A stretch of 64,000 nt of DNA, from NCBI GenBank assembly GCA_010093815.1, contig ML996571.1; one strand, 5' to 3'. The position numbers were made by a program, and so were the translations under genes. Below the pieces are notes generated by a model that searched no databases, was not told the origin of the DNA, and worked only from the letters and a program-made list of their open reading frames with translations. How positions within the stretch are numbered: the first letter of the stretch is position 1; each line of letters starts with the position of its first letter. Positions 27,501 to 41,269 of the stretch are shown here, in pieces. The stretch comes from Pseudovirgaria hyperparasitica (Eukaryota).

Positions 27501-28400
27501 TTAGAGATAAGAGGTAGTAGGTAATAATTCTTTCGCGTAATATTATTTAGGCTATAGTAGTCGACACATAGACGGAGACTTCTATCCTTCTTCTTTATAA
27601 AGAGGATTAGAGCTCCGGCTAGAGATATACTAGGCCTAATCCATCCTCGCGTAAGGTTCTTTTCGATATATTCTCGGAGGACCTATAGCTCAGGTTCTAA
27701 TAGAGGGTATATAGGTCCGTATAGGGGTTATTAACCGTCTTCGAGGTTAATAGTAAGGTCGGTAGGTTAGTATTAAGGTAATTCGGACGAGTCGATCGCT
27801 AACACGATATATTAGTATATTTTATACTAATATAGTAGGTTTTCGTCCACTTTAATACTAAGCTCTCTATTTTAAGTAAGTAAGAGGACGTAGATAGCGG
27901 AGATTACCTTTTCGTAGTCCTTCTAGAATTATTCGTCGTCGACTAGCTATACTAGGTTCTATTATAGTAGGTATATACGCTAGCCAGCTATTTTCTAGAT
28001 AAAGTCTAGTTTCGGGTTATATTTTTCGAGCTATAGTATACCGAGGATTATATTAAAGGGACTATCTACTACGATAAAGATTAAGTAGTAGGGTTTCCAC
28101 TTCCCCCCGCTATCCTAGATACCGTATTTAATAGTATAGATACCCTACGATTTAATAGAACTATCGATACTATAGAAGGTAGTACCTATTAGTACTTAAA
28201 TGTTAACGTTAAGTTCTCGTACTCGTTAAGTTAATATAACGTTAGTAGCTAAACTACTATTAAGTATTACGGTCTAATATTATCCACGAGGGACCTTAAT
28301 GGGCCTAGCCTATAGTTTAATATACTAGTTAGCTAGTTATCCCTCTATTTTAGTTACGTCTACGAGTCGCGAGGGTTCCTTATAGGTAGTTAGTTTTTTA
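24570..28400 (-). pseudogene. pol: pol of element C (protease-RT-RNase H-integrase-chromodomain)
   Basis: CIIYLDDILIFS intact at about 27281-27246; RVETDAL near 26785; chromodomain VFEVD.II.H..Y.IRWKDY..EDTWE at about 24870-24760. Confidence 0.92.
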
Positions 28401-29750
28401 TATCGTGTACTAGGTAGTTAGGCGCGATATATCCTAGCTACTAGCACTTATAGTATATAACTAACTTAGTATCTATATTAGTATTCGGTGGTTTCCCTAA
28501 GCGGTACTCGGGTACTATATAGCCTATTCTACTATAGGTGTAGTAGGTGACTTTAGGTCGTTTATATAAGTCGTTTCTCGCGTCTTAATATATCGACTAG
28601 TAGAAAGATCCGCGGTACGGGCCTCGTCTTCTCGAGTTCATAGAGTAGTAGCGCCTATAAGGTGTTCCGCGCGATCTATTACTAAACCGGTCCTCTTTAG
28701 ACGATTTTATATTAGATTAGATTAATAGGGATAGTCATGCGCCTATACGACGTTAGTTATTCATTATATGCTAATATCGTTCTATGAGATTCGCGAGTGC
28801 CTAAAGGTTGGTAGAGATAGATATTATAAGGTCGATACGTTCCTTTACGCTTAGGTTAAGGGACCTTTTAAAGTCGTCGTATTATCGAACCATACGATCT
28901 TCCTTAGCTTCTCTCTAAAGAGGTTAGAGGTATTCGAGGAGTTATAACGGGGATTATCTCTCTCGCTATTAAGTCTTAAAGATATGGCTCTAAGCCTATT
29001 CGCGTCGCTCGGCTCTATCGCCGAAGTATTAAAGAAGGAATTCGGTAAACATGTCCTAGTTATACGCATCCTTAGGGTGTTTAATTTAATATACTATCTA
29101 ACGTTTAGATGGCGTTAGGTCTAGGTAGTTCTATACGAACCTAATCTTATTACTATCGTTCGTGAATAGATGGAAGAATTAGCTATACTAGTAAGCCTAT
29201 TTATAAAAGCTCCTTCTGGTTTTACCGTCGAAGTAAGGTAGTTTCTTAGGCTAAGGTAACTAGGATAGTAATAGACTTAGTTAGACTATTTCGGCTTAAG
29301 TTAGTCTATATTAGTATAGGTTAGTTACTACTAGTACTAAAGCGCGTAGTGCGGCTTTAAGTCTAGCGGTTTATCCTTACGCTTCGTTAAGTTTATAAAG
29401 TTACTACTCGAGCTAAGCCTAACGCTACCTCTCCGTGTATAGCTTAGTATATACGTTATTATAAGGCATGGTTAACGTTAGTCGGTTCTAACGAATTAAT
29501 TCGTTAACGTTAATAGGGTCTAGTCTTATAGTAAGGATAGGTCTAGTATAGTATAAACTAGACCGCGATAGAGTATAATAGACTCCTTCCTTATTATCTA
29601 GGTAATCTTCTATAGTTATACGGAATGCTATACTAGTTATTAGTGCGATAGCCTATAGGGTATACTTATTAGTAGAGGTGGTCGTAGAGAGACTATTCTC
29701 TTCGTTTAGATTTAGAGAGAGTCTCTCGTATAAGGTAGTACCACGGGTAT
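28390..29750 (-). pseudogene. gag: gag of element C
   Basis: De-RIPed knuckle CYKCQQPGHIAPNC (~28455-28413), followed by the canonical -1 slippery site A AAA AAC TAA. Start approximate. Confidence 0.8.
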
Positions 29751-30908
29751 TATAGCGTGTAGTAGAAGCTATCTCTATAAGCTACCGTCGTACTATATAG
29801 AGAGAAATTAAAATATAAAGAGTAAAGACGTGGGATAGTAGTCTAATAGTTTATAGAGAGACATAGGAATGTATTTATAGAGTAATCTTACTCTTATATA
29901 AGGTTGATTCCTAACGAGTAGGAATCGGTTTATGCGGTCCACTTATATAGTAACCTCGCTTAACTTAGCTAACTCAACCCAGCTCTGGCCACTACGTGGC
30001 TGCATGGATTAGAATGGTCTATATAGGTCTATTATAGTTCCCGTCCTAACAAAAAGTCTAATATTATATACTATTTAGGGCCGGGAAGGAAGCGCCTACT
30101 AGCGTAGTAGTTATTAAGGCGATAGTAGAAGTCTATATATAACTAGATATACTAAGTCCGCCTTCTTCTTATATAGTTCTATTACTAGATAATATTACTA
30201 GTTTCGATATTGCGGGAGAGGAGTTTATAGATATAAACCTATGAATATTAGTATAATATCGGCTCGATAGTACGTATTATAGTATAAGGCAAGTTATATT
30301 TAAGTGGTAGTTAGATATATACGCTAGTATACTAACGAATATATAGTATCTCTACTATAAATAGAATAGGTAAGGTATAGCTAGTAATATCTTACTACCT
30401 AGAAGAGATAGTTACCGTAGAATTTAGGAGATAGGCTCGGCGTCTATGGCGTTAGTATATTAGACGGTTGAATTTTTATATAATACTATTTACTTATATC
30501 TATATTTACCTAAGCCCTAATTTAATAGCCTTCTATAACGTACTATATACTTAGTTAGTAAGCTACTAGACTCATATAATAGTAGTATACTACCCTACTT
30601 TATATACTACTTAAGCTACTATTACTTTAGCCTACGTTAATCTTAGCTTCCTTTAGTTATCCTTATATTATAAAAGAAAACTTCTATAAACCTTTCCTCT
30701 ACTTATCTTAGTTTTTAAACCTAAATCTTACCTTCTATACTTTATTCCGTGTTAATTATAACTATATATAAACGCTATATCGAACTCGACTCTATTAACC
30801 CTTAAGGTCTATTCTATATAATAGTTAACGAGGTTATATTTATAGTTTATAATATGGATTAAGAACTCGTTATATTCGGTAATATTTAGGACTAGTCTAC
30901 GCTTAATA

Positions 30909-31190
30909 TAATTAAGCCTTATATTTAAGCCGAGTCTTATATTTAAGTCGAGCCTTACGTTTAAGTCGAGCCTTATACTTAAGTTAAGCCTTACGTTTAA
31001 GTTAAGCCTTACGTTTAAGTCGAGTCTTACGCTTAAGCCGATTCTTACGTTTAAGCCAAGCCTTACGCTTAAGCCAAGCCTTACGTTTAAGTCGAGCCTT
31101 ACGCTTAAGCTAATTCTTATGTTTAAGCCGAGCCTTATGTTTAAGCCAATCCTTACGTTTAAGCCGAGCCTTACGCTTAAGTTAAAGCTT
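30909..31190 (+). repeat. 18-bp in-frame tandem repeat, about 15 copies (AAGCCGAGCCTTACGTTT), in the helicase N-terminus
   Basis: Directly visible units encoding (K/E)PSLT(F/L) hexapeptides. Confidence 0.92.
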
Positions 31191-34100
31191 ATAATATAAC
31201 TACTATCTTAACTAATAATAAACCACTCGTCTTTAGTATACTTACCGGTAACTACCGTTCTAATAATAAGTATAAACTTAAGAAGGTCTAAAGTAGTAAG
31301 ACTCCCGTTTCTACTAACGCTATCTATTAGATCTCTCTTATATAGGGTAATCTATAGTTAATCTTTAGAAATGTCTATAGTATTAGTAGAGAAATAGATA
31401 GACTTAAGTAGGAATAAGCGAAAACTTAAGCCGAGCTTAAGCTAGTAGTATTTAAGGCTTATAGTAAAGGTTACGGCTTCGAAGAGTTAATTAGTTATAT
31501 ATATAGATTTCTTAAATTCCCTAAGTACCGCTCTTAGATTAAGTTACGTACTCGCTTCTAATAGATTAATAAAGGGAAATTAGTATCCTTAATAAGCTTA
31601 CTCTACTTTAATTATACTAATATCCTTCTATTATCCGACTACTCTATAGTATAGATCTTTAAGGTTAAGTAAGTAGATAACTTTATTAAGTATTTTTCTA
31701 AACTTTCTAATCTTATTATAAGCGAAGTAGATAAAGCTAATATACTATATACTAATACTAGTCTCTACGAAGACCCTCGCGACTTTTAGATTATTAAACT
31801 TATAGCTAGCGAGCTTCTTAGTATAGGTTTTACTATCTCGTTATATATTAGACCTAATATAATATATAAATAAGTAAAGTAATTCTTTAAAGATCTAGGT
31901 ACTTATACTATAGTTTATATCTTACTACCGCTACGTAACTCTATAGATCTTACCGGCTTTAATAATAAGCTTAAACTAGAGAGTAATCTAATTAATTCAT
32001 AGTATATAGAAGTTATTACTCCCTATATATAATATAGTATAATAAGTAGGCCGGACACTTAGCCCTAGATCTCTATTCCCTACCGCGAGTCATTTAATAA
32101 GAAATTTAACTACCTAATATATATTACTATAAGTACCTTATAAGATAAATAGATAGATCTTCTATTATCCTAATTCCAAGATATTACTATTAGATATATC
32201 TAGCTCTTAGATATTACTCGGGCGCTCTTAGCTATTATCTATTCTATTAATACGAAAGGATTCTATTATATAGAACCAGGTAGTCGTGGGTACCTTAAAG
32301 TAGATTTAAAGAATTATAATAATAACGTATACCGCTTTAAAGTCCTTCAATTTTATTTAGGCGTCCTTCTATTTAAATACCTTACTCTAAAAGTCTTTAA
32401 TAAGGTTAGACGTCCTTCTAAAGCATCTAAGGTACCGATTATATTAATAGATATAGTTACTAATATAACTTAAGCTTATTCTAAACATTTTATTCGGACT
32501 AGCGATACTAGTTTAAGTATAATTAGGTTATCTCTTACTACGCTTATAGGGTTCACGGACGTTCCGGCTTTAGTTAGCGTATAAACCTATAATAAGCTTA
32601 CTAAGTAACGCATTAATACATGCTAGAAACTAACCTACTACGCCGTGTAAGCTCCTAGAGACGGTGGCATAGATAACCATGCCGCTTAGGATACGTTTAA
32701 TACGATAGTCCTTAATATTATTATAGACTTGGTATCTATATCTCTAATATATAGGTCCCCTAACCCTAATAATAAGATTCTAGATTATAGTATAGAGCCT
32801 TAGAATACCCTTATTACTCTTTCTAAATTATCTATATCCCTAGATAATAATAAGGACATAAATATAGAATATAGTCACGATGTTATTAGCGATAAAGGTT
32901 CTATTACTAGCCCTATTACCGATATATATATACTCCTAATATTATCTAAAGTCCGCTCTAGTATTCTATCCTCTTTACTACCCTCTATATAGAATCTAAT
33001 ACTTAGTAATAACTATCTAAATCTTTAACCCGTTAACTATAACCACTACGTTAAAGATTATAAAAGATTCTACGATCTCTAGAATATTATATGTTTAGAA
33101 CTATCTCTCTAATAATAGTATATCTATATATAGGTAACGGACGTACTTAGGGCTTAGTTTCTACTTCACGGCTATGGAGGAGCTAGGAAGAGCTATTTAT
33201 GGCTTTATCTACTACTAGCTATACTTCTAATTAACGAAATGAACGGTACTCCTATTATCGCTTATACTACTAAGGTAGTTATCCTATCTAGTAATATAAT
33301 AGCGCACCTCTCTATACTAGGTTCCACCTAAATATATAGAATATATATATATATTATTATCGGCCTAACTAACGAAACCTATAACGATGCTATAAGAAAA
33401 GTATATAAATATATAAGTAATATATTTACTTACTATAAGTCTCTAAAGATACCGGTTATTCTTTAAAGATGCCCCGAAGCCGTTAATTAAGAGGTTTTCT
33501 TTACTATAGCTAGACTATCTTATTATGGTAACCCTCTTATTAGGCTAACCTAGAATAATATAATAGGCGGTACCATCCTTATATAAGCCTAGGCTAACTA
33601 TAGTAAATAACTATTAGAATATAGCACGGATCCCCGTGCTTATCTATAGGAACTATATACTAGTTACGTTACGCTTAAGGTTATTAGACTTATTAAATCT
33701 TAATACTAATATAAATAGATCTCTAAGAATTTCGAGAAAGAAACGGCTTAGCTATTATATACTATCTATGAACGTTACGCTTATAATAAGGATATACCTA
33801 AGGAGAAGTATAATAGAATGAACGAGCTATACCTTGCTACCTAGGACCTAGTTACTATCTACGCCTAGATTTATATAGGGACCCTATATATTATAAATAT
33901 TACTAAGGTAGCCCGTAATATATATCCGATTTTAGTTATAATAGAAGAGGCTATATATATCCTTAAAAGTAATATACTCGGGATTATTATTAATTCTACT
34001 ACTATGGAATAGTAACTAATATTTATTTACGTTAGCGACCTATGCTAGCTTAACATCTACTAGCGTAATAGTACTAATATATAGGCCGTAAACTAGAGGA

Positions 34101-35181
34101 TCTCCTTTATAAAGCGCTAGATATAATATAGTTTCCTAACTACTTACCTTACCGAGTTAGAACGCTTAGTTCCTAGAATAATAAATGTTATATTACTAAT
34201 TACTTACTTGGGTAAGCTAACGACCTTGCCCTATATAACGAATAATGTTAATATACTACTTATAGAGACCGTTTAATAAACATTTAGAATCCGCGGCTAT
34301 TAATACGTTATATATACTAACGTTAACGGGGATCACGCGTATATAGTAAATAACTTAATATATAATATAGACTTATTACGTTTCACTTAGTAGATTATTA
34401 CTAAGCTCTTCCGTTATAGCGTTATACTCGATTACGTGCTCTATATTTCTAAATACGCTACCTAACGTAATCTATTTAAAGGAATAGTTAGGAACTCGCT
34501 TCTAACTATACTTACCGTAGCGGATAAAGCTTAATTTAATACCCTACCTAAGCCGGTATAGAAGCTTATCTAATGGCGTTTATAGGACGGTTCTTAGGGT
34601 TATAATAATAATATAGTCCTTATTAACCTAGTCTAAACCAATTACTTTAGCTTTCTCTTAGAAGTAAACCGTAACGTCGTTACTATTACGCGCGCTAAAT
34701 AGATAATAGTTATTATCCCTAACTTTATATCTCTTAAGAGATAGAAAGTCCTAGACGGCGTACTTAGTAAGATATAGAATAAGTCCTCTAAGATTCATGT
34801 AATATACACGTGCACGACCTCCGATCTAGATAGTCTCCCTCTACTCTCTAATATACCTAATCCCTAATATAGTTACTCTATACTTAGTATTAGAGAGAGG
34901 GGAGAACGAAGCGATTAATAAACTACCGATGGTACTAAGCCCTATAAGCCGCTAGTCTACTATAAATATAATGTTAAAGGATATAAGTCTATTAAGTGTC
35001 TAAGAGGGTTAACGGTTATATATAATAACTATTAGAATATCGGCTATAAAGCTAATGTTTACCCTAAACCCAAGACGCTTATAGGTATGTTTTATTATAA
35101 TTATAAGACTACTAGTTATACTTGGCGTTATTATCCTAGCCGTACTAAATTACTAGCACGTATAAATAGTAATAATCTAGT

Positions 35182-35270
35182 TAATACTACTAGAGCTAAT
35201 ACTACTAGAGCTAATACTACTAGAACTAATACTACTAGAACTAATACTACTAGAGCTAATACTACTAATA
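35182..35270 (+). repeat. 15-bp tandem repeat, 5-6 copies (AATACTACTAGAGCT), in the helicase tail
   Basis: Directly visible; read as ANTTR repeats in the ORF track. Confidence 0.9.
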
Positions 35271-37663
35271 AAGTAACTACTAGCGGCTAGGACGATAGAG
35301 ACTACGAGGATACCGACCGAGACGGCGGTGTTACGATATATAAAGATATAGAAGTTAATTAGTAATAGTATATAATTAGACTTATATATTAGAGCTACTT
35401 AGTTATGGCTTCTTAGTAAGTATACCTCTATATCTATTTTAGATATAGTTATAATATTCTACTAGGTAGATAGTTTAGCTCTATTAAAGACCTATTAAGG
35501 GTATTTCTATTATATCTACTCTAGTATAGACGCGCTATTAGATAATACGGCGCCACTAGGCACGTTAACTAGTACCTACTAATTAAGAAATAAACACGAT
35601 TCTATATCTACTATAAGCCCCGGCCTAATAACGTAGGCTTCCTTTAGTTATCCCCTTTATACTTTTAAAACTACTTCTAGCCTTTATATTAGAAGATATT
35701 ACTACCTAAAGAGAAAATATAAAAAACATACGCCCTAATTAAAGCCTCTACCTTTAGACTTTAACTATAGAATATACGAGATATAGTAAACCCAAATATC
35801 ACGTACTTTAAAAGCATGGAAGAATATAATACTTAAATATAATAAAATATAGGCGTACGATACTTGGAGAGTACCTAGAGATAAGTACATGAATATAAAA
35901 TAGGATAAGACTAACGCAGCACCTAGTACATGCGTAGCCATGTACCGTCCTAGACGTAGTTACCTACGATATAATATTATAAGATAAGAGCTATAGCTAT
36001 CTAATTCTATTAAGGGTATTAGATAATATAAAGTAAATAACCACACGCCTAACCACGCCATACTAAGTCACGTGCATATTATGAGCGCGTGTTTAAGGAA
36101 TAATAAGAACATAAATAAGTTTCACCTAGTAGGTATCTCATTATTCCGGCTTCTACCTCTATCGTCCAATCTATACCTCCGTCTTCCTTATACCTATAAT
36201 ATACTATATATATACTATATAATTAGTCCGTAAATTATAAATACTATATTAACTATACACGTTAACTATATACAATTAATATATTAAATCCGATTCTATA
36301 ATAAAGTAACCGTCCAAATATAGTAATTACTATAGTACTACTTTATATCTTAAGTCTAGATATATAAGTAAAGCGTGAAGCTATAGAGGCGCGTATAAGG
36401 TAGCTATATATAGAAGTATATACGGCTACTCTACTTATAGACTATAGGTATTAAACTAAGAACGAGCTTAGCGTAAAAAGAGCATATAAGATTATTAATA
36501 AGATAGTAGGTAAATTTCTAGTAGTATAGAAAAGAGTAGTAGAGTACGTAGAGATAAAGGCGCTATACTATATCTATAACTAGGTACGCACTATAGTATA
36601 GAAAACCATATATTATAGAAAAACTATCTCCGAGTATAAGAAGAGGCGTATAATTATAGCCCTATATTCTATAACCTTATAATCCCCGCCTATTACGACC
36701 TTATAACCTTCGCCTATTACGACCTTATAACCCCTATCTATCACGACCTTATAGCTCTCGTATACCACGACCTTATAGTCTATACTTATAGTAGTTCTAC
36801 AGTCTACTAACGTATATACTACGAGAAAAATCAAATTTATAATTAGGTTTAACGATAACACATTCCTTAAAATACTAGTACCTACGTCTAACTAGTAGAA
36901 AGATTATAGTAACGCTTCGTGTATTAATTTAGTAGTATTTATATAGTAAATTAGGGTCTAATACATAATAAAGACTAGGAGGGTACTTAACTAGAGCCGT
37001 ACTACCATACATTCTATTATACTACTAGTTAAGTATATAATAAGTAAAACGGAACTAGAGGTAGATATTAGATAGCTTCTATAGTGTGGTGAGCCATCGC
37101 TACGTGTGTCCCTTTTGTAAATGGCTGTGTTTCTAGTATAGTAGTCGACGACGAACTCATAAGTATCTCTCCTAGGTATTATAAGTTCTCTTTAAACGCA
37201 CGACTTCTTATTAGTTCTCTTTTACGATAGGACGGGTCTATATAATACTCTTAATCAATTCTTTAATAGCTAAGCCTAATAATTAATACCCATAGAGGCC
37301 TATAAATGTAAGGAAAGATCGAATAGTCGAATATTAGTAATGGGGGAAGCGCGCCAAGCAGAATGACCAAGGAAAACGCCCTCCTTAAATATATAATAAA
37401 GCCATATAATCGAGCTAGGGATACATATATATGGGGCTATAGGAGCGGCCTTCCATATATACCTCCCCGGCCTATAGAACTACTACCCTTAGTAGTATAG
37501 TAACCGTATAAGAAACCATGTAAAGAACGCCTAAAAGAAAGACCTTAATACGAATAAAATGCGCCCCTAGTAAACCTCTCGGCGCGGGTAAACCTTAGCC
37601 CGGATTATTAGTTAAGGGCAGCCCTTAACTAATAATCAGGCAGGTTTTCAGGCGCCTAATCTT

Positions 37664-40589
37664 AGTACTTAAGGTCGCGAGCCAGCTCCTAAAGAATCGT
37701 GTCGCTTATCTTAGAGAGGTTAGATTCCTCCTTATCGGATAGTTCGTTAGGCCTCTCCTATCTATAGAAGTTCTCTTAAATATTATCTAGGCCCGCGTCG
37801 GACTCGAATTTCTTAAAATTAATTAGCCACTTAGCGGCGCGCGCCTTATTAAATTCCTTCTAGAACGACCTATCCCTATAGACTAGCCTTTTCTACCTTA
37901 CTATTTTCTTAAAGGTCTCTACGAATACCCTTAAGCCCTCCTTAAACCAGGCGTCTATCTTAGCTTTAAGTTATTAAGGACTTGCGTTAAGCCACGTAGC
38001 TACCTCTTCTTTTACCTTCTAGCTATTCTATCTTTTATAGCCGACTAATATATTACTAACGGCGTTAAAACTCGGGAGTTAAACTACGGCTAGAAAGGTA
38101 AAAGGAATCGCGCTATATTTATTAGAAAATCCCGACGGAGACGTGGGTCCTAGAGTTAAATTCCTATGAGCTACTGCGAGTTGTTCCTATATACCCATTT
38201 TAGGCACTTCCATTATCATGTAATTAGGGCTAATCGCGATATACCATAGAAGCATTATACGTCTTCCACCCTTTACGGGACCCTAGGCGCCGTGTATTAT
38301 TAGTAGGCTAGAGATACGTACTTTAAGGGACTAGTAGGGGACCGGGACGAAGGGACTAAATCGTTTCTTATCGTCCGTATTATAGATCTTATCATTAATA
38401 GCCGTGATTATACCGTTTCGATTAACCCCCTCGCGGAGCTTAGCCTTCGACTACTATTCGTTTAAGAACTTATAGAAGCGGGGAACGATTATAGTATAGT
38501 CGTCACTTCATTCGTCGTCAAGACTAATACTCCCCTAGATTATATTAAACCCGTGTCTATCGCTAGGATCGAGGATTCGATTAATGGCGTTGTCGAGATG
38601 CTTAAAACCCGTCTTATCGCCCCTATCCTAGGACTTCGCATAGTACGGGTACGAGATTAGATAGTAGTTAAGATCAGGCCAAAGAGCGACATAGATAAGC
38701 TAGTAAAGTAGATATTACCTAATAAACTATTAGATATAGGAGTGGTATATAGTTCGTAGCCAGCCGTAGTTCGATTTCTTATTAAACATGCGCTAGTAGT
38801 ACTTATATATATTAAATTCATCCCTCGCGAGTTCTAGAATACTCTTATTAAGTATAGAGGTCGTCTTTTTAAGTAGCTCGAAGAGCCCTTTAATGTTAAT
38901 ACTTCCGGTACGTTCCCACTCGTCGAAGAGTTACCTACCTATCCTACTATCCTCCTTCTAAATTACAAATGCGATACTAGTAAGGATAGTTTTAATATTA
39001 ATAACTTACTTCGGGGTCTCTAGAGCCTAGTAACGATAGATACCTAATGCCTCTATCGGATAAGGTGGCCGCGCGTACTTCGCGAACTAGGTATAGCGGT
39101 CCTTATAAACTTTAAGGGCCCCCACGTTATCTCTAAACTTATATACTATTTTAAGTCTCGCTACTAGGTTTAAGTAGGACACGCTAATAAGTATATTATT
39201 CTTTCTAGCCACGTCTTAGTAATGCTTATAGTAGACTTTATATGGAATAGCTATATTACCTATCTACGCTTTCTAGCGTACTAGTAGGGCTATTCCCTTA
39301 ATACTCGTGAAATTCTTCTTTAATAATATAGCTGCCTTAAAAGTCTTCGTCACTAAAGGCGCGTATTAACACTTCTTAGGCTCGTCCTCTTTCTTGACCG
39401 ATACTATTATCTTAGGGTATAAACTAAGAATAACCGGGGATTATCGTATAGGCGCCCCTAGTAATTACTAAGGGCCGGTAGATAAGGCACGTCCGCGAGT
39501 AGGTTTTGTCGGTATGGCCGTAACGGGCACTAAAGAGATTCTTGCATAGCCCGGTAAGGAATATATACTAGTAGTAGTAGAAGAAATGCTTACTTCGAAC
39601 GGACGACTAGCTTTAAAGAGATAATATACTACTAAACTAGGAGGCGTGCTTCGTGGAGGGGACTTTACCATAGGCGTTATCTACGCTAGTTTTAGCGACG
39701 GTAAGGTCTAAGGCGGAGGCGATGCACTTATCTCTTTGATTTATAGGTAGTATTTAACGGGCCTATGAACCATTCTACTTATCCGTAACTATTAACTAGC
39801 GGGGATAATAAGTCCCGTCTTATTATAGAACGTTAGTTTATTTTATCGGCTAGGGTAGTTTAAGAGTTACTAGAGAGATGGACCGTCCTTGTTACTATCG
39901 CTAGCTAGGGCGGTATTAATATTAGAGCTCTAAAGATATACCTTAATTCCTCTTCCCTTCTATCTCTAGCCGATTCGGGACTATAGGGATGCGTTTAACT
40001 AGTTCCTCGCTCTTGCCCATGTCCGCATTTATAAGAGCGCTACTAGCTTTTCTATGAAGTTCTATGTTTACTAGAGCTGTCCGAGGGCGGATTAGAGTAA
40101 CTAGCCGTTATTATTAGGGAGGTCTTTTTACTAGTTTTATAGGATTATATTTTTGGCTTTTAGGATGCGGGAGTTAGTATCTCTTCTACGACGAATTATC
40201 TCGTAGACTTCTTTCGAAATAGAGGAGTTAATCTTTACCTTACTATACTCTATTATAGCTTCTACTTCCTAGAAGAGGTTAACTATACTACTTAAGAGCT
40301 ATTCTACGAGGCTAGTAATATAAAGGAGATTATTAAACGTGTCTAGAATATAGTCCTATCGCTCTTACGGGTCCTAGATAGCGATAATTTAGTTAATAGT
40401 AGACTTATTTACTTCCGTAGCTTCTATAGCCTATCCGTACGGAGTAGTAGATGGCCTTAATACCACGATAGCCGTCGATAGCCCTACTTTAGCACTTACG
40501 ACTCTTAACTAGGACCGCGTCTATCTTATTAGTGCTTAACGATCTTATAACTCTTTATAGGTAGGCGTTTTCTTTTTCGGCGGGGCTAT
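37664..40589 (-). pseudogene. ORF3 of element D: ~975-codon protein with a C-terminal 2OG-Fe(II) dioxygenase (PhyH-like) domain
   Basis: Starts at a RIP-altered ATG (MAPPKKKTP). TGFKHLD has intact His 38600-38598 and Asp 38594-38592; de-RIPed QGSISLDDE..DCTIIVPRFHK follows; distal IHGAQGP has intact His 38294-38292, followed by GGRR. Confidence 0.75.
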
Positions 40590-41269
40590 TATTATTATTA
40601 ATTCTATCAGCGAGTTATATTCTAAGGAGAGGTAGTTAAGCGAGGCGGAAGTAGAGGAGGAGGTTTTATTAATTAAGGAGGTATGGAGAGGTGTAAGAGG
40701 GAAGAGTTATATACTATCTTAAGTTCTCTTTTTATGCCTCCTTGAATGCCGGGTATATAGTAATTTTTATAAATGATCCTTACTAACGGCCGTAGGCCCG
40801 TATACGTGTCGAATCTATGAATAAATATATACTAGGTATATAGGAAATCTATGAATAAATGTGTCTACCGGGTATATAGCGGAATCTATAAATAAATAGA
40901 TACCGGGTATATTCTTATCCTTATGAGACTTTCTATAAGTATCTTTTTCTCCTATATCTCCTCCTTCTTTTCTTCCTTATTAGTTTCTAACGGGGCCCGT
41001 TCTATAGTAACGAAATAGGCCTTCGATAGGTAGGCTTCGATTACACGACCGGCTTTAATATGTAGTGGGTAGAATTCGCGTAAACGCCATTATGTCTTCT
41101 TTCGAGCATTACTTACTTTAATAATAAGTTTTATTATTTTATAGTAATAATAGAGTTTATTATCCTCTTTCGATAATAGAGTTTATCGTCCTTTTTCGAT
41201 GATAGAGTTCATCGTCATAAGACTACTTTTATAAGTATCCCTTCCCTCCTTAAAAAAACTTCTATCCCC

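Larger units (their letters stand above)
22009..30051 (-). mobile_element. Full-length chromoviral Ty3/Gypsy LTR retrotransposon (family C), 8.0 kb, RIP-mutated
   Basis: 238-bp LTRs at 22009-22246 and 29814-30051; TSD AAAAG (22004-22008 and 30052-30056); minus-strand PPT AAAAAGAAGAAGGA next to 22247. Confidence 0.97.
30579..35365 (+). pseudogene. Upf1/Sen1-like superfamily 1 helicase (AAA_11/AAA_12) with three C-terminal CCHC zinc knuckles, RIP-destroyed
   Basis: De-RIPed LHGYGGAGKS (33164-33193), IEEA (~33941), VGDPCQL (~34031), ISFMER, SKYAAQ (~34447), DGSQG (~34586), GFL..NRNVVAITRAK (~34650-34700). Knuckles CHKCNVEGH..C, CNNCQNIGH..C and CYNCKTTGH..C at 34955-35135. Confidence 0.85.

Noticed and set aside
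30909..31190. CRISPR-like array
   Set aside because: Contiguous in-frame 18-bp units without spacers, in eukaryotic DNA.
38957..39009. GTAAGT..TAG intron-like stretch in ORF3 of element D
   Set aside because: The frame reads through plausibly with only RIP-type stops, and a sense intron would be lost on retrotransposition.
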